Origin: a virus
Taxonomy: Duplodnaviria > Heunggongvirae > Uroviricota > Caudoviricetes
IMG/VR virus record: IMGVR_UViG_2778261692_000006
Length of the DNA stretch: 30,349 bases
Direction: 5' to 3' (one strand)
Under the pieces are notes generated by a model. That model saw only the letters and a list, made by a program, of their open reading frames with translations, was not told the DNA's origin and searched no databases. A program made the position numbers and the translations under genes. Numbering within the stretch: the stretch's first letter is position 1; each line of letters starts with the position of its first letter. This document shows, in pieces, positions 1 through 9,262 of the stretch.

Positions 1-342
1 ATGATGAAAAAAAGTATTCTGACGTTTCTGTTACTCACCAGTTCTGCAGCGGCGCTGGCTGCACCGCAGGTGATTACCGTCAGTCGTTTTGAAGTGGGTA
101 AAGACAAATGGGCGTTTAATCGCGAAGAGGTGATGCTGACTTGCAGACCGGGTAATGCTTTGTATGTCATTAACCCAAGTACCCTCGTGCAGTATCCTTT
201 AAACGATATCGCACAAAAGGAAGTTGCCAGTGGGAAGACTAAAGCCCAACCCATTTCGGTGATTCAGATTGATGATCCTAACAATCCCGGCGAAAAAATG
301 AGTCTGGCACCGTTTATAGAACGAGCTGAAAAACTCTGTTAA
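1..342 (+). CDS. Small secreted/periplasmic protein with N-terminal signal peptide; host-side flanking gene (resembles YebY/DUF2511-type proteins, from memory only)
   Basis: 113-aa ORF starting at nt 1; hydrophobic N-terminus [20 protein letters not shown] followed by AP; lies outside the integrase end of the prophage and is followed by an intrinsic terminator. Confidence 0.6.
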   Translation: MMKKSILTFLLLTSSAAALAAPQVITVSRFEVGKDKWAFNREEVMLTCRPGNALYVINPSTLVQYPLNDIAQKEVASGKTKAQPISVIQIDDPNNPGEKMSLAPFIERAEKLC

Positions 343-378
343 TTACCTAAAATAGCCTTTTGATTTCCAATAAAAAAA

Positions 379-413
379 CCGCCTCAGTTCTTTCACCAGA
401 ACGGGCGGTTTTT
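379..413 (+). terminator. Rho-independent terminator of the flanking host gene
   Basis: Interrupted GC stem CCGCC..GTTCT / AGAAC..GGCGG followed by TTTTT; an A-run precedes it, so it may act in both directions. Confidence 0.6.
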
Positions 414-569
414 AACATTTCAGCTGATGACCACCACGCTTTTTATTGACCATTTTGCACGCAAACTGGAAAACCTGGCGTCGTCATCTATTCTTAAAGG
501 GCAAGGCAACTAAGCCTGCATTAATGCCAACTTTTAGCGCACGGCTCTCTCCCAAGAGCCATTTCCCTG

Positions 570-603
570 GACCGAATACAGGAATCGTATTCGGTCTTTT
601 TTT
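570..603 (+). terminator. Second hairpin plus T-run inside the putative attachment region
   Basis: 10-bp stem GACCGAATAC / GTATTCGGTC with 7-nt loop, followed by TTTTTTT. Confidence 0.5.
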
Positions 604-636
604 AATTGTATTTAAAATCAATCAGTTGCAAGCGTC

Positions 637-656
637 TCCCCGAAATTCCCCGAAAT
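637..656. repeat. Perfect tandem 10-bp direct repeat CCCCGAAATT x2 in the putative attL
   Basis: Read directly: tctCCCCGAAATTCCCCGAAATTtac, about 80-100 bp beyond the 3' end of int. Confidence 0.5.
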
Positions 657-734
657 TTACTCGAATTTCTGTATTCCGGTCTTTTTTGGTTATATCACAA
701 CCAAAATACATTTAACAATCCATTTACGTTAAAA

Positions 735-1811
735 TCAGAGCAGTAAGTACGTTTTTTCTCTCTCATCAAGATACATTTTTGTTGTCTTCTCCGATGTGTG
801 GCCAAGTAGACGCTGAGCAAATTCTTCTCCACATGTTTCTTTGTACAATCGTCCAGCCAGGCTTCTGATCTCGTGAAAAGTTGGTGGGTTTTCACTGAAC
901 TGGATACCTGTTAATTTTCTGGCTGCGACAAATTTTTTTGTCAGGCCATCCGGGTGAATGCTGCCGTCAGGGCTGTTTTTTCTAATCCCGGCACTGATTA
1001 GATAATCTCCCCGGCTTACCAGGCGGCACTGTTCAACTACTGTACCAAGCCGTAGACCAGCGACAGGAAGGCTGAGTGACAGGGGGATAGCAATCATCAT
1101 TCCTGTCTTAATTTGCCTGATGTGGAGACGATCATCATAAATATCACTAAACCGCATATTCGTTATGTCTTCGCGACGTTGTCCTGTTACAAGGGCTAAA
1201 TCCATAGCTAATGGGAACCATGCCGGAAGTTGATCTGCTGCCTCCCTGATGCAGTTGTATGTCTTTAGTTTCAGTCGTTCTCTTGTAACTACTATTTTCG
1301 GTGCTCTTGTTGGCGTTACTGGATTTTGAGATATACGTCCTTCAACAATGGCCTCACGAAACATATCAGACAACACAGAACGCATTGATCCTGCCATTGT
1401 GTTTTTCCCTCCTTCAATCCACAAATCAAGAAACTCGGCAATATGGCGAGTGGTTATTTCTGTCAGTAAAATCTCTCCCAATTTTTCTTTTATTGTCTCC
1501 AGTTGATTTACCCGAATTTTATAAGTATTTCTGGACACTTTTCTCCTTATAAGAATCGTTTTGTAACGTTCAATCCAGTCTGCCATAGTAAATGAGTCGA
1601 ACCCTTTAAGTTTTTCAATTAAGGCAGCAGGAGAGTAGTTTTTGTATATATAATGATTTGCTTCAATTGCCTGCGCGATTGCATCTCTTCTTGAAATTTT
1701 ACCTAGTGTAAATTCTTCTTTCGTCAGAGGGTTGCGCCAGTAATATGCTTTGTCCCTCCTTCGATATGTTAAGTTCCTAGGCAAATTGGGATCGTATTTT
1801 TTCCGCTGCAT
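735..1811 (-). CDS. int: Tyrosine-type site-specific integrase (lambda Int family)
   Basis: 358-aa ORF at the prophage edge; C-terminal region with RLLGH...TTKMYLD matching the tyrosine recombinase catalytic region; 3' end overlaps xis. Confidence 0.9.
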   Translation of the reverse strand: MQRKKYDPNLPRNLTYRRRDKAYYWRNPLTKEEFTLGKISRRDAIAQAIEANHYIYKNYSPAALIEKLKGFDSFTMADWIERYKTILIRRKVSRNTYKIRVNQLETIKEKLGEILLTEITTRHIAEFLDLWIEGGKNTMAGSMRSVLSDMFREAIVEGRISQNPVTPTRAPKIVVTRERLKLKTYNCIREAADQLPAWFPLAMDLALVTGQRREDITNMRFSDIYDDRLHIRQIKTGMMIAIPLSLSLPVAGLRLGTVVEQCRLVSRGDYLISAGIRKNSPDGSIHPDGLTKKFVAARKLTGIQFSENPPTFHEIRSLAGRLYKETCGEEFAQRLLGHTSEKTTKMYLDEREKTYLLL

Positions 1812-2064
1812 GTTTTAACTTCTCCAGTAACGGACTGTCTCTCCCTTGTCGCCCATTAGGCTGATGGTGTGTTATATCGGTATCAACCTTATTTGGGTTG
1901 ATATAGAAAGCCTCCGGAACCACCCTGTAACTCCTCCCGTGTAGTTCAGGTGCAGGATAAATGTTTCCATTCCTTGCCCATCGTCTCAGCGTTGATATTG
2001 ATGGTGGGTTATCCGGATATCTGAGTTTTCCCCACGTTTTGAGTGTCACAAGATTCATTGCCAT
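1777..2064 (-). CDS. xis: Excisionase (Xis-like)
   Basis: Small ORF immediately upstream of and overlapping int; basic/aromatic N-terminal region resembling lambda Xis; start may be the internal Met at 2058. Confidence 0.7.
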   Translation of the reverse strand: MAMNLVTLKTWGKLRYPDNPPSISTLRRWARNGNIYPAPELHGRSYRVVPEAFYINPNKVDTDITHHQPNGRQGRDSPLLEKLKHAAEKIRSQFA

Positions 2065-2164
2065 ACCTCTTACGATATGACCGCCAGTAAATATACAGAA
2101 TACTGGCGGACGTGATTGATTTTTAATAATCAGCTATGAAGTTATAATTTGGATATAATGCAAC

Positions 2165-2353
2165 TCACGAGGGCAGAAGTTTCTCGCAATTAAAATTTAT
2201 CAGCTTTACTTTCTGCTCTCTGGAAACGCCTGCTTCTTTTTTCCCCGAGAGCATTTTTTCGCATTCCGATTTGGTTAACTTTGTTTTTGAGTACCTTGTC
2301 CAGTTAGTAGGAGTGCCACCTTCCTTTTCAATAGTGGCGGTAATTTTATACAT
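2165..2353 (-). CDS. Small hypothetical protein (position of ydaC in Rac)
   Basis: ORF between xis and lar-like gene; chosen start MYKIT lies a few nt after the lar-like stop; the longer 2165..2425 ORF would overlap lar. Confidence 0.4.
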   Translation of the reverse strand: MYKITATIEKEGGTPTNWTRYSKTKLTKSECEKMLSGKKEAGVSREQKVKLINFNCEKLLPS

Positions 2354-2540
2354 GAACACCTCCATTATTATTTCCAGTGGTTCGTTTATTCCATCGTTCG
2401 AGTGCTTCTTTTTCACTTCCACCATAGCCGGTTCGGGATTCGCATCCGTTACACTTCGCGCGGTAATATCCTGAAATGGCTTTCACCGTTACTGATGGAC
2501 AACCACAAAAAGGGCATGGTTTGACTTTTTCATACCGCAT
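2346..2540 (-). CDS. lar: Lar-like restriction-alleviation zinc-ribbon protein
   Basis: 64-aa product from MRYEKVKPCPFCG with CPFCG...C..C zinc-ribbon motif; same size and position (between recT and xis) as Rac lar; start uncertain (track ORF begins at 2555). Confidence 0.55.
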   Translation of the reverse strand: MRYEKVKPCPFCGCPSVTVKAISGYYRAKCNGCESRTGYGGSEKEALERWNKRTTGNNNGGVHV

Positions 2541-2603
2541 TGTCTTTTCTCTCATATAATAAAATTTTGTGATGGCGGTGAGGCTACACCGCCAAAGTCA
2601 ATA

Positions 2604-3707
2604 TCAGGAGCCGATATATTCTGGTTTCATATCTGTCAGTGTCGTTTTATACGCCTCATATAATTCACCCAGATGTGGCCGGGCAGCATTCAGCGTATTT
2701 TCCAGAGCAGTAAATTTTTGTTCTGCTTCTGGATCACCTGATGAAGGAAGGTCATTTATCATCTTCTCGATACTGGCAATAGCATTGAGACGGTGATGAC
2801 GCCGAACCACTTTTCCTTTAAGCTCGGCAAAGAATTCGCCGATCTGGTTTTTCTGATCCTCTATCTCTTGGCGTAATGCAGTGGTTTCCTCAGTCGTGGC
2901 CGCGCTTTCGACACGCTGCCGGAATTCATCAATCCACGCTTCGTCAATACGCTGTTCGATGGTTTCTGTTCGCTGCTCGCTTACCTCGCTATAATTCTGT
3001 ACCGGCACAGGATTGATGATTTTTTCCTGTGGCTCTTCCAGTTCGTCCGGGGTATACACGCCCAGGATGACGTCAGGACAATAAAGGCGAGCCCAGTATT
3101 TCAACGCCAGATAGGCGAGCTGTTGTTTCGGGTTTGAGGTCCATAAAGGAGAATTACGCGTAATCACGCTGGAAAGAAACACCGGTTCTCCCCAGGTAAT
3201 CTCACTTTCACCGCGAAGAACTGCACCAACTCGAACTGAGAGACCATACTCATCTTCACTGGTCCAACATGGGATCGTTTCTTTTTTCTCATAGATTCCG
3301 CCTCCTTTGGCCGTTTTCTTAACGGTCTCCACTCGGGTGCGAGAGCATTTCTCCCAGTCTCCCTCGTACTTGTAATGGAAGCGGCCTACAATTGCACTTG
3401 AGCTAGAGATCACAGCGTTAACCAGTTGTGCTTCATAACCCAGAACTCCGTTTACCAGGTGTGTTTTCTGAGCCACAGCGTAGGGGTTCATGCCCCATTG
3501 CATGGCTTGCATGATGATTGCCATGCAATCGGCAGGATTTCCGCGAAGGTGATCGGGAACTGTGACGGTGGCCTGTGACATCAACCCGGCTACTGCCTGA
3601 AGTTGCGTCAACGCCTGAACGTTAAAAATAGTGTTACTGGCAGAAATGGTATTTGGTGTCTGCTCTGTCGTGATGATATTGGTATTTTGCATGGTCAGGT
3701 TCTCCAT
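2604..3707 (-). CDS. recT: RecT-family single-strand annealing protein, divergent, with acidic coiled-coil C-terminal extension
   Basis: Immediately downstream of recE with 1-nt stop/start overlap; distant resemblance to RecT conserved segments; 367 aa versus about 269 aa for K-12 RecT. Confidence 0.55.
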   Translation of the reverse strand: MENLTMQNTNIITTEQTPNTISASNTIFNVQALTQLQAVAGLMSQATVTVPDHLRGNPADCMAIIMQAMQWGMNPYAVAQKTHLVNGVLGYEAQLVNAVISSSSAIVGRFHYKYEGDWEKCSRTRVETVKKTAKGGGIYEKKETIPCWTSEDEYGLSVRVGAVLRGESEITWGEPVFLSSVITRNSPLWTSNPKQQLAYLALKYWARLYCPDVILGVYTPDELEEPQEKIINPVPVQNYSEVSEQRTETIEQRIDEAWIDEFRQRVESAATTEETTALRQEIEDQKNQIGEFFAELKGKVVRRHHRLNAIASIEKMINDLPSSGDPEAEQKFTALENTLNAARPHLGELYEAYKTTLTDMKPEYIGS

Positions 3708-6700
3708 TAAGCCAGATGCAGTGCTTCAAGACGACGAAGATCAAAGTCGTTTAATTCGTCGGTATAACTTTCGGTAATCGGTGCTGGCCAGTTGTTTGTC
3801 TCTAGGGCTTCGTTTATCTGGCGTAGCGTCCGGCGATACTCCTGTCGACCAAGTTCCAGGAGTTCCTGCGAGGCTTCCACGACAGCCACCCAGTGATAGC
3901 CAGCATCTTTGTTGACGAAGATCCAGAAAAATTTGTCCAGGTTTGCCACATCGCAATACATTGCGGCGCTGAGGTGATAATCACGCTCAATAATTTCACG
4001 GTGCAGGCGATCTTTAAGTCGTTCCTGCCGCACATAACCGAGGCTGACTGACTTCACGTCAGCGCAAATGCTTTCGTATGGCAGCCGGATTTCGATATCA
4101 GGACGGACCCTGATTTCCAGCCCGGTTTCTTCATCAAACCCGAAATAGCTGATTTCAGATTTGCGATCCGGGTGGTTGAGTAGCCTTGCTGCATCGGTAT
4201 TGTTTTGCAGTGCCGCGTGAATATTTTTTGCCTGTTCATACATATCCAGACTGATAAACGTTTTCCCGGCGTTTTCTTCTTGCTGGCGTTTTTGCCAGTC
4301 CTCCAGTGTCACCAGTTCCGGGCGAATTTTCCGTGCGATTTCGGTTAATTGCTCTTTTGTGCCACTGATGTTGTAAGGCAAAGATTTAGCACGTTCTTTT
4401 TTTGCCAGTTCTGGGTCTACAGTTTCAATTTGATCCAGAAGCTGCTCCCGTGCTCCACTGGTTTTCAACAGAGGAGGGAGGCTTGCGTTGTATTCTTTAA
4501 TACAGGCTTTCATTGCTGATGCTGTATGTTTTTCCCCCTCAGGAATACGCCGAAATTCCACCGGAAGCGAACCGTAAAGGATGCCTGTTTCTTCGCCCCC
4601 AGCACTTACAGACAGTGGCTGTATAAGAGTGCTGTTGTAGCTTTCGATCCACTCTTTCATCTGCTCTGGTGTCATCAGTGCTGGCAGACTGGCATTGTGT
4701 TTTTTAATGATGGCGATCAGTTCGTTAGAAGTAGTAACCACATATTCAGGAACCGGTACCGGAATGGCATATTCATCAGCGAATTTATCCGTTTCCAGAA
4801 CATAACTGTGAATGATCCGCCCACGCAGCAGTGCATCACTTTCCTCGTTCGGAATAGTTCCGGCAATGTGCCGCCCGTGGTAATACATCAGGCTGATACG
4901 GGCATCCTTCAGCATCGTGCTGCTTATTCCGTTGGCGGAGTGATAAACCTCGTTCGGGAGGTTTTCATAGCGGCCTGGCTCGAAATATGACGGCCACATG
5001 ATTTCAGTTGCTACAGGAGCTGACGCTTCACCAGTTTCATCACTGTAATCGTGATGCGGATGGTTGCCAGCGTTCTCCTTGTGCGGATGTTCAGCGCCTT
5101 CCATTTCCTCCGGATCATTTTCCTTAGCTTCAACCTGATTCTCTTCATCGAATGTTTCCTGGTATGTTGCGTCGCCCATTACCGCACCACAGTCAGGGCA
5201 GTTATCCCCGTCAGTCTGACCGCAGGCGGCGCAGACTTTTTCCGGTTCCTGTTGCGCTTCTGGTTCATTTTGTCGCGCATTTGGGCTGTTTTGTTCCGCT
5301 TTTTGGTCGTTCCGTTCCGATTCATGCTGGTTCTGGTTCACAGAATCGCGAGTCTGGATCCCCTTGACCCATTTCGGATCATTAGGGTCGCTAATCCCCT
5401 CAACAAATTCACCACGCGATACAGCAAGTAACTTATCGGCGTCAGGCTGGCTGATATTGGCTGCCTGCATAATTTTGTTTACTTCGTCAGCGGTGACTTT
5501 TACTTGGTTAGCGGAACTCACCTGCGACTGAGCATCCAGCGACTGCGCGTTCTGGCCATGTTCAGTTGTATCCGGTTCCATTGTTTCAGTTGTTGCCTGT
5601 TCACCTGCCATTGCGTCAGATGGTTGTGGTTTTTCTTCTTCTGTTTCACGCTCAGTAACCACCTCGCGGTTAATTTCTTCCAGGATATCTTTTTCCGGCG
5701 TATGCCGGGCAGCTGTGAGAGTTTCCTTGCTGGGGTTCTCGTGATCAGTTTCCGTCAAATAGGCGTTGATATACCCCTGAAGGCGTCCCGGGTAGTGATA
5801 AAATTCAGGGTGTGCGCTTCGGATAAGTGCAAAAATAGCGGCGCGGGAATAGTCCAGAATACCCGGGGTTGCACGAAGTGCTGCGGACCATTCTTTGAAC
5901 GGACTTTCTTTGTTCAGGACTACTTCTTTTGCGCGACGATAAACGCTGCCCGGAATTTCATAAATATTAAAATCCATCGGAAGTGTGGCTGCTGCAATCT
6001 CCACATCCAGTGTGTCGAGGGTGTGTACTAAATTCGGATTGCGATCGGTTTTGTTCCCACCGCCAGCATTAGCACCGGAAGCCGTGCGGGTGATGCGTGA
6101 AACACGATTTCCTTTCATCCACTCTTTTGTCAGCAGGCCGCGATCGGTGTAGTCAGCGTCCAGGTATGCTTCGAAAAAAGCAGTCATTAATCCCAGACTG
6201 GAATTAACGGGATTAGGGAAAACTTTGTCAGTGTCGCGAACCAGTTTGTGGAGGTCGCGAAGTTCCAGTGGGTCGAGCAGGCTGGTTTTGTGCGAAATAG
6301 CCAGGGCAGTAACTGCTGGTAGTTCTTCAGCTCGTGCAATGTGTAATGCCTGTAGTTCGTCGCGTGAAACGTGCGTTACCGGTTTTTCGCTGCCGTGTTG
6401 AGCAAGCCAGCGAATGGGCAGCTCCTGACCGGAAATCGGGAGTAGCATATTCTCCTCAATCTCCGTCATGTCTTCGCCATTAACATTGGTATTGTCAGTG
6501 CTGGCTGGTTTGTCCTGCGCAGAGGATGAGGGCGCGATAAATACCATTGTGATGCCATCTTCCCCGCCTTTTTCGTAACGGTTGCAGAATTCCGTATCAA
6601 ATACGCCTTCTGGTGGAAGGTCATCAACAACGGGCAAATTGACGCGAACAGGTTTTTTAAAGTCATCTTCATCGTAGCCAGCATCGTCAATCGCAACAGC

Positions 6701-6832
6701 ACCACGGGAGATGGCAATGGATAATTTTTTCGCTTCAGCCCAGTAGAAACCGCCTTTAATACCGAGACGTTTTCTTACTTTGTCATTTTTTGCTTCGTAA
6801 TACAGTGGGTAAACTTGTTTATCGGTGCTCAT
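3707..6832 (-). CDS. recE: Exodeoxyribonuclease VIII (RecE), long form
   Basis: 1041-aa ORF with long stretches matching Rac RecE as recalled (e.g. NTNVNGEDMTEIEENMLLPISGQELPIRWLAQHGSEKPVTHVSRD); translationally coupled to the downstream recT-like gene. Confidence 0.9.
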   Translation of the reverse strand: MSTDKQVYPLYYEAKNDKVRKRLGIKGGFYWAEAKKLSIAISRGAVAIDDAGYDEDDFKKPVRVNLPVVDDLPPEGVFDTEFCNRYEKGGEDGITMVFIAPSSSAQDKPASTDNTNVNGEDMTEIEENMLLPISGQELPIRWLAQHGSEKPVTHVSRDELQALHIARAEELPAVTALAISHKTSLLDPLELRDLHKLVRDTDKVFPNPVNSSLGLMTAFFEAYLDADYTDRGLLTKEWMKGNRVSRITRTASGANAGGGNKTDRNPNLVHTLDTLDVEIAAATLPMDFNIYEIPGSVYRRAKEVVLNKESPFKEWSAALRATPGILDYSRAAIFALIRSAHPEFYHYPGRLQGYINAYLTETDHENPSKETLTAARHTPEKDILEEINREVVTERETEEEKPQPSDAMAGEQATTETMEPDTTEHGQNAQSLDAQSQVSSANQVKVTADEVNKIMQAANISQPDADKLLAVSRGEFVEGISDPNDPKWVKGIQTRDSVNQNQHESERNDQKAEQNSPNARQNEPEAQQEPEKVCAACGQTDGDNCPDCGAVMGDATYQETFDEENQVEAKENDPEEMEGAEHPHKENAGNHPHHDYSDETGEASAPVATEIMWPSYFEPGRYENLPNEVYHSANGISSTMLKDARISLMYYHGRHIAGTIPNEESDALLRGRIIHSYVLETDKFADEYAIPVPVPEYVVTTSNELIAIIKKHNASLPALMTPEQMKEWIESYNSTLIQPLSVSAGGEETGILYGSLPVEFRRIPEGEKHTASAMKACIKEYNASLPPLLKTSGAREQLLDQIETVDPELAKKERAKSLPYNISGTKEQLTEIARKIRPELVTLEDWQKRQQEENAGKTFISLDMYEQAKNIHAALQNNTDAARLLNHPDRKSEISYFGFDEETGLEIRVRPDIEIRLPYESICADVKSVSLGYVRQERLKDRLHREIIERDYHLSAAMYCDVANLDKFFWIFVNKDAGYHWVAVVEASQELLELGRQEYRRTLRQINEALETNNWPAPITESYTDELNDFDLRRLEALHLA

Positions 6833-6931
6833 TGTTTTTTAACCTCAACTCAGATTAAAATTAATGCGAGTGATGAATAAATGTCCCAGGTTCTTCACTC
6901 AGGCCTGCACAGTGTGCAGGCTTTCTTTTTT

Positions 6932-7207
6932 TCAGATTTCACCTTTTAATTTCATTGCAATCAGAGTTGCCAGAAATTCGGCTTTTTTTTCTGCGGGCAG
7001 ATTCTTTCCTATGTGCACCAGACACATTTTTTTAACACCATCGTTAAGTGTTTTAACGTTGCCTGATGGACCGTCGATATCAACCACAGTGAATGGGGTT
7101 TCTTTATTTTCTGTCTTAATCACGTAGCCAATACGCTTTCCTTCCAGGGTAACTTCGTGAACAATGTCATCAGTAGTAACAACAGTGGCTTCATAACTGG
7201 TAATCAT
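6932..7207 (-). CDS. racC: RacC
   Basis: 91-aa product from MITSYEATVVTTDD..., size and sequence as recalled for Rac RacC; directly upstream of recE. Confidence 0.8.
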   Translation of the reverse strand: MITSYEATVVTTDDIVHEVTLEGKRIGYVIKTENKETPFTVVDIDGPSGNVKTLNDGVKKMCLVHIGKNLPAEKKAEFLATLIAMKLKGEI

Positions 7208-7281
7208 GTTTTTCTCCTTAATTAAGGTTGAGCGAATCCCTGCCATTGCTGGCATAAATTCAGTTTCGGATAGTCAGTTAA

Positions 7282-7452
7282 TTAAAGTTCGTGTGCCATC
7301 TGGTCTTTTTCGGCACAGATTTCACTACAATATTTTTTCATTTCCGTCGTTGGTATAACTCCACGCATGAAATGAAGTGGTCTTGTAATGATTTTGCTTT
7401 CTTCAATTTCTTTATTGCAAAGGTGATAAGCACATTTTATTTTCTTAGTCAT
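7282..7452 (-). CDS. ydaE: YdaE-like small zinc-binding protein
   Basis: 56-aa ORF ([18 protein letters not shown]...CSEICAEKDQMAHEL) read by hand on the minus strand; below the 60-aa cutoff of the ORF track; start overlaps the kilR stop (TAATG). Confidence 0.6.
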   Translation of the reverse strand: MTKKIKCAYHLCNKEIEESKIITRPLHFMRGVIPTTEMKKYCSEICAEKDQMAHEL

Positions 7453-7673
7453 TACCATGACTCCGCCTTTACAGGTAAACCATCACGACCGAGGAAGACT
7501 CTAATCATGCAGTCAGAAATGCATGTTTTTGTAGTCAGGCTACGAATATAAAGTTTTCGCTTTTTAATATTGTTTGCCGAGGCGATATATGTCCGACCTT
7601 CATGAAGAACATAATCGCCAGGGGTCACACACTGACGTGGTATTTCATCAGTTCCGAAGTGATGAGCAATCAT
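7452..7673 (-). CDS. kilR: KilR, FtsZ-targeting cell-division inhibitor of Rac
   Basis: 73-aa product from [15 protein letters not shown]... with GGAG Shine-Dalgarno upstream; size and sequence as recalled for Rac KilR; track ORF extends to 7685. Confidence 0.75.
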   Translation of the reverse strand: MIAHHFGTDEIPRQCVTPGDYVLHEGRTYIASANNIKKRKLYIRSLTTKTCISDCMIRVFLGRDGLPVKAESW

Positions 7674-7711
7674 AATTATCTCCATTTTTACAAATGAATT
7701 TTGTCGATGCG

Positions 7712-7760
7712 GTGCCTGGTGCCTCCAGGTGACGTTAACCAGTTAACAATTAACGCCGGA
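7712..7760. promoter_or_regulatory. Candidate operator/promoter region of the leftward early operon
   Basis: Palindrome CCTGGTGCCTCCAGG and three TTAAC motifs (GTTAACCAGTTAACAATTAAC) 40-90 bp upstream of kilR; no clear -35/-10 assigned. Confidence 0.3.
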
Positions 7761-8068
7761 TAATCCACCCATAACACTGATGCTTTTAACTGTGCCGCGT
7801 GCGCTTAGCCGCATTCACCGCATCACAAAATTCACTTTAAAAAGGGGCGGCAGGGCAGCCACGGAGTAGAACTGATGCCGCCAAAGACTACACATAGCAA
7901 TGTCGTTATTTACAACCGGAGGCGCACTCCCACCATTTAAATTTAACAGACAAGACCGACTCTTTATGAATACCGGAAATGCGCCTTCGTGTTGTGCGCC
8001 TGTCTTTTTACCACTTCAGGCTCGGTGGTATACTGGAGTTCTCACACAACCAGTAATAAGGTATTCAG

Positions 8069-8263
8069 ATGGATAATAAAGACAAAGCCTGGCTACTTGC
8101 TTTAGCTTTCAGCATCAGATCGCAGCGAGAAACAACTCATCAAGAATTTTTCTCGGAAATCGAGAATGCTGAGAATGAGTTTTTGTCACTACTCAATGAA
8201 CGTGATGCTAAAAAAAGCGCCGATTCACTTAAGGCTTGGGCGAAACTAGGCTCTTCAAAATAA
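8069..8263 (+). CDS. Hypothetical 64-aa protein
   Basis: ORF with AAGG Shine-Dalgarno and an upstream extended -10-like TGGTATACT; 3' end overlaps the convergent gene by about 35 bp. Confidence 0.45.
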   Translation: MDNKDKAWLLALAFSIRSQRETTHQEFFSEIENAENEFLSLLNERDAKKSADSLKAWAKLGSSK

Positions 8264-8447
8264 TTGCTTCTGTAGCGGCATGAACAACTGTTTTTGCCGC
8301 CTCTTCAACTTCCTTGTCTGGACGACCAGCCTTTACTTTTTCTGCAATGACCTCCAGCACAGTTGGAAGAACCTTGCTAATAAGCATGGCTGCCACATCT
8401 TTGCTGCACAATTGACCGTTAATAACAACCAGATCTTCACCAACCAT
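8229..8447 (-). CDS. Hypothetical 72-aa protein, convergent with 8069..8263
   Basis: ATG at 8447 preceded by AAGGGGA Shine-Dalgarno (track ORF starts at a TTG at 8504); candidate promoter TTGTTG-17-TAGATA upstream. Confidence 0.45.
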   Translation of the reverse strand: MVGEDLVVINGQLCSKDVAAMLISKVLPTVLEVIAEKVKAGRPDKEVEEAAKTVVHAATEAIILKSLVSPKP

Positions 8448-8691
8448 CTTTTTTCCCCTTAACGCCGGGTGGCGGAACGTTTTATCTACTGCGCTTTGTA
8501 TCAATCAACAACTGCCGTCATGTTCGTATGCCTCAGGCTGGCTACTTAGCCCTGTTCAGTGGCTGGATAACTCGAGGTATTGTCCAGCCGTTCTCTGGTG
8601 GGGCGTTGTTTGGATATGCTTATTAAACACAATGCGTTTTCTTATGTCAACACGAAATGTGTTTTGTGGTGAGTGTCATATGATGATGGTA

Positions 8692-8716
8692 CAAAAAAGC
8701 CCGCTGATAGCGGGCT
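8692..8716 (-). terminator. Rho-independent terminator downstream of the repressor gene
   Basis: Stem AGCCCGC / GCGGGCT with loop TGATA; the run of As on the plus strand gives a U-run after the stem on the minus strand. Confidence 0.55.
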
Positions 8717-8746
8717 GATTGGCATATTACTGTGATAGCAAGATCA

Positions 8747-9166
8747 TTACTCCGGTGGGGGATTATCTTTAAGCCTGCCTCTCAAATATTTTTCTACATA
8801 CTCATCGATTTCTTTTAGCCGGACTTCAAATAGCTCAATCATTCGTTGTTGTTCTGAGCCAGGTAGCTGGTTAAACAACTCAAGAAGTTTTCGTTGGGAT
8901 TCATTTAACCACAATTCAGAAGATTCCTGTTCTCCAAATAGGAGCTCAGGAGGAGATATGCCAAGTGCCTTTCCCAATACGACAGCGTCATGCACTCCAA
9001 CATTTCTGCTGCCCGCCTCATAGTTACCTATACGCGATTGCGTCCATCCGCAGATTTCAGCAAGTTTTCCTTGAGATAAACCAAGCTTCTGCCTGCGCTC
9101 TTTAAGACGCATTGCAATTTTGTCATTGAGCCTACTAGCGGCAATTTTTTCGTTTTCTTTTTCCAT
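8747..9166 (-). CDS. Prophage repressor, XRE-family helix-turn-helix, with no LexA-like peptidase domain
   Basis: 139 aa; HTH segment LGLSQGKLAEICGWTQSRIGNYEAG; divergent from the cro-like gene; too short to carry an S24 autocleavage domain. Confidence 0.8.
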   Translation of the reverse strand: MEKENEKIAASRLNDKIAMRLKERRQKLGLSQGKLAEICGWTQSRIGNYEAGSRNVGVHDAVVLGKALGISPPELLFGEQESSELWLNESQRKLLELFNQLPGSEQQRMIELFEVRLKEIDEYVEKYLRGRLKDNPPPE

Positions 9167-9262
9167 TGCATCCTTGTATCACGAATCGTGATTTACATAA
9201 AACACAAAACAGCTTGACCATATAACACAAGGTGTGTTTAAAATTGTCATCGGAGGTTTTCA
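9167..9262. promoter_or_regulatory. Divergent promoter/operator region between repressor and cro-like gene
   Basis: Palindrome ATCACGAATCGTGAT (9178-9192); -35-like TTGACC (9214-9219); second palindrome ACACAAGGTGTGT (9225-9237) in the spacer before an AT-rich -10-like segment. Confidence 0.6.

Noticed and set aside
446-715. 89-aa plus-strand ORF in the attachment region
   Set aside because: No Shine-Dalgarno, spans two terminator-like hairpins, and has low-complexity basic composition; the region is more likely non-coding att or small-RNA sequence.
343-734. tRNA or tmRNA gene as integration target
   Set aside because: No acceptor-stem plus T-loop arrangement could be found by eye; a tRNAscan or Rfam run would be needed to be sure.
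4526-6031. Plus-strand ORFs inside the recE region (4526..4990, 5051..5431, 5152..5367, 5504..6031)
   Set aside because: They lie antisense to a long minus-strand ORF with strong RecE identity, have no convincing Shine-Dalgarno and have skewed Cys/Phe/Arg-rich composition typical of antisense frames.
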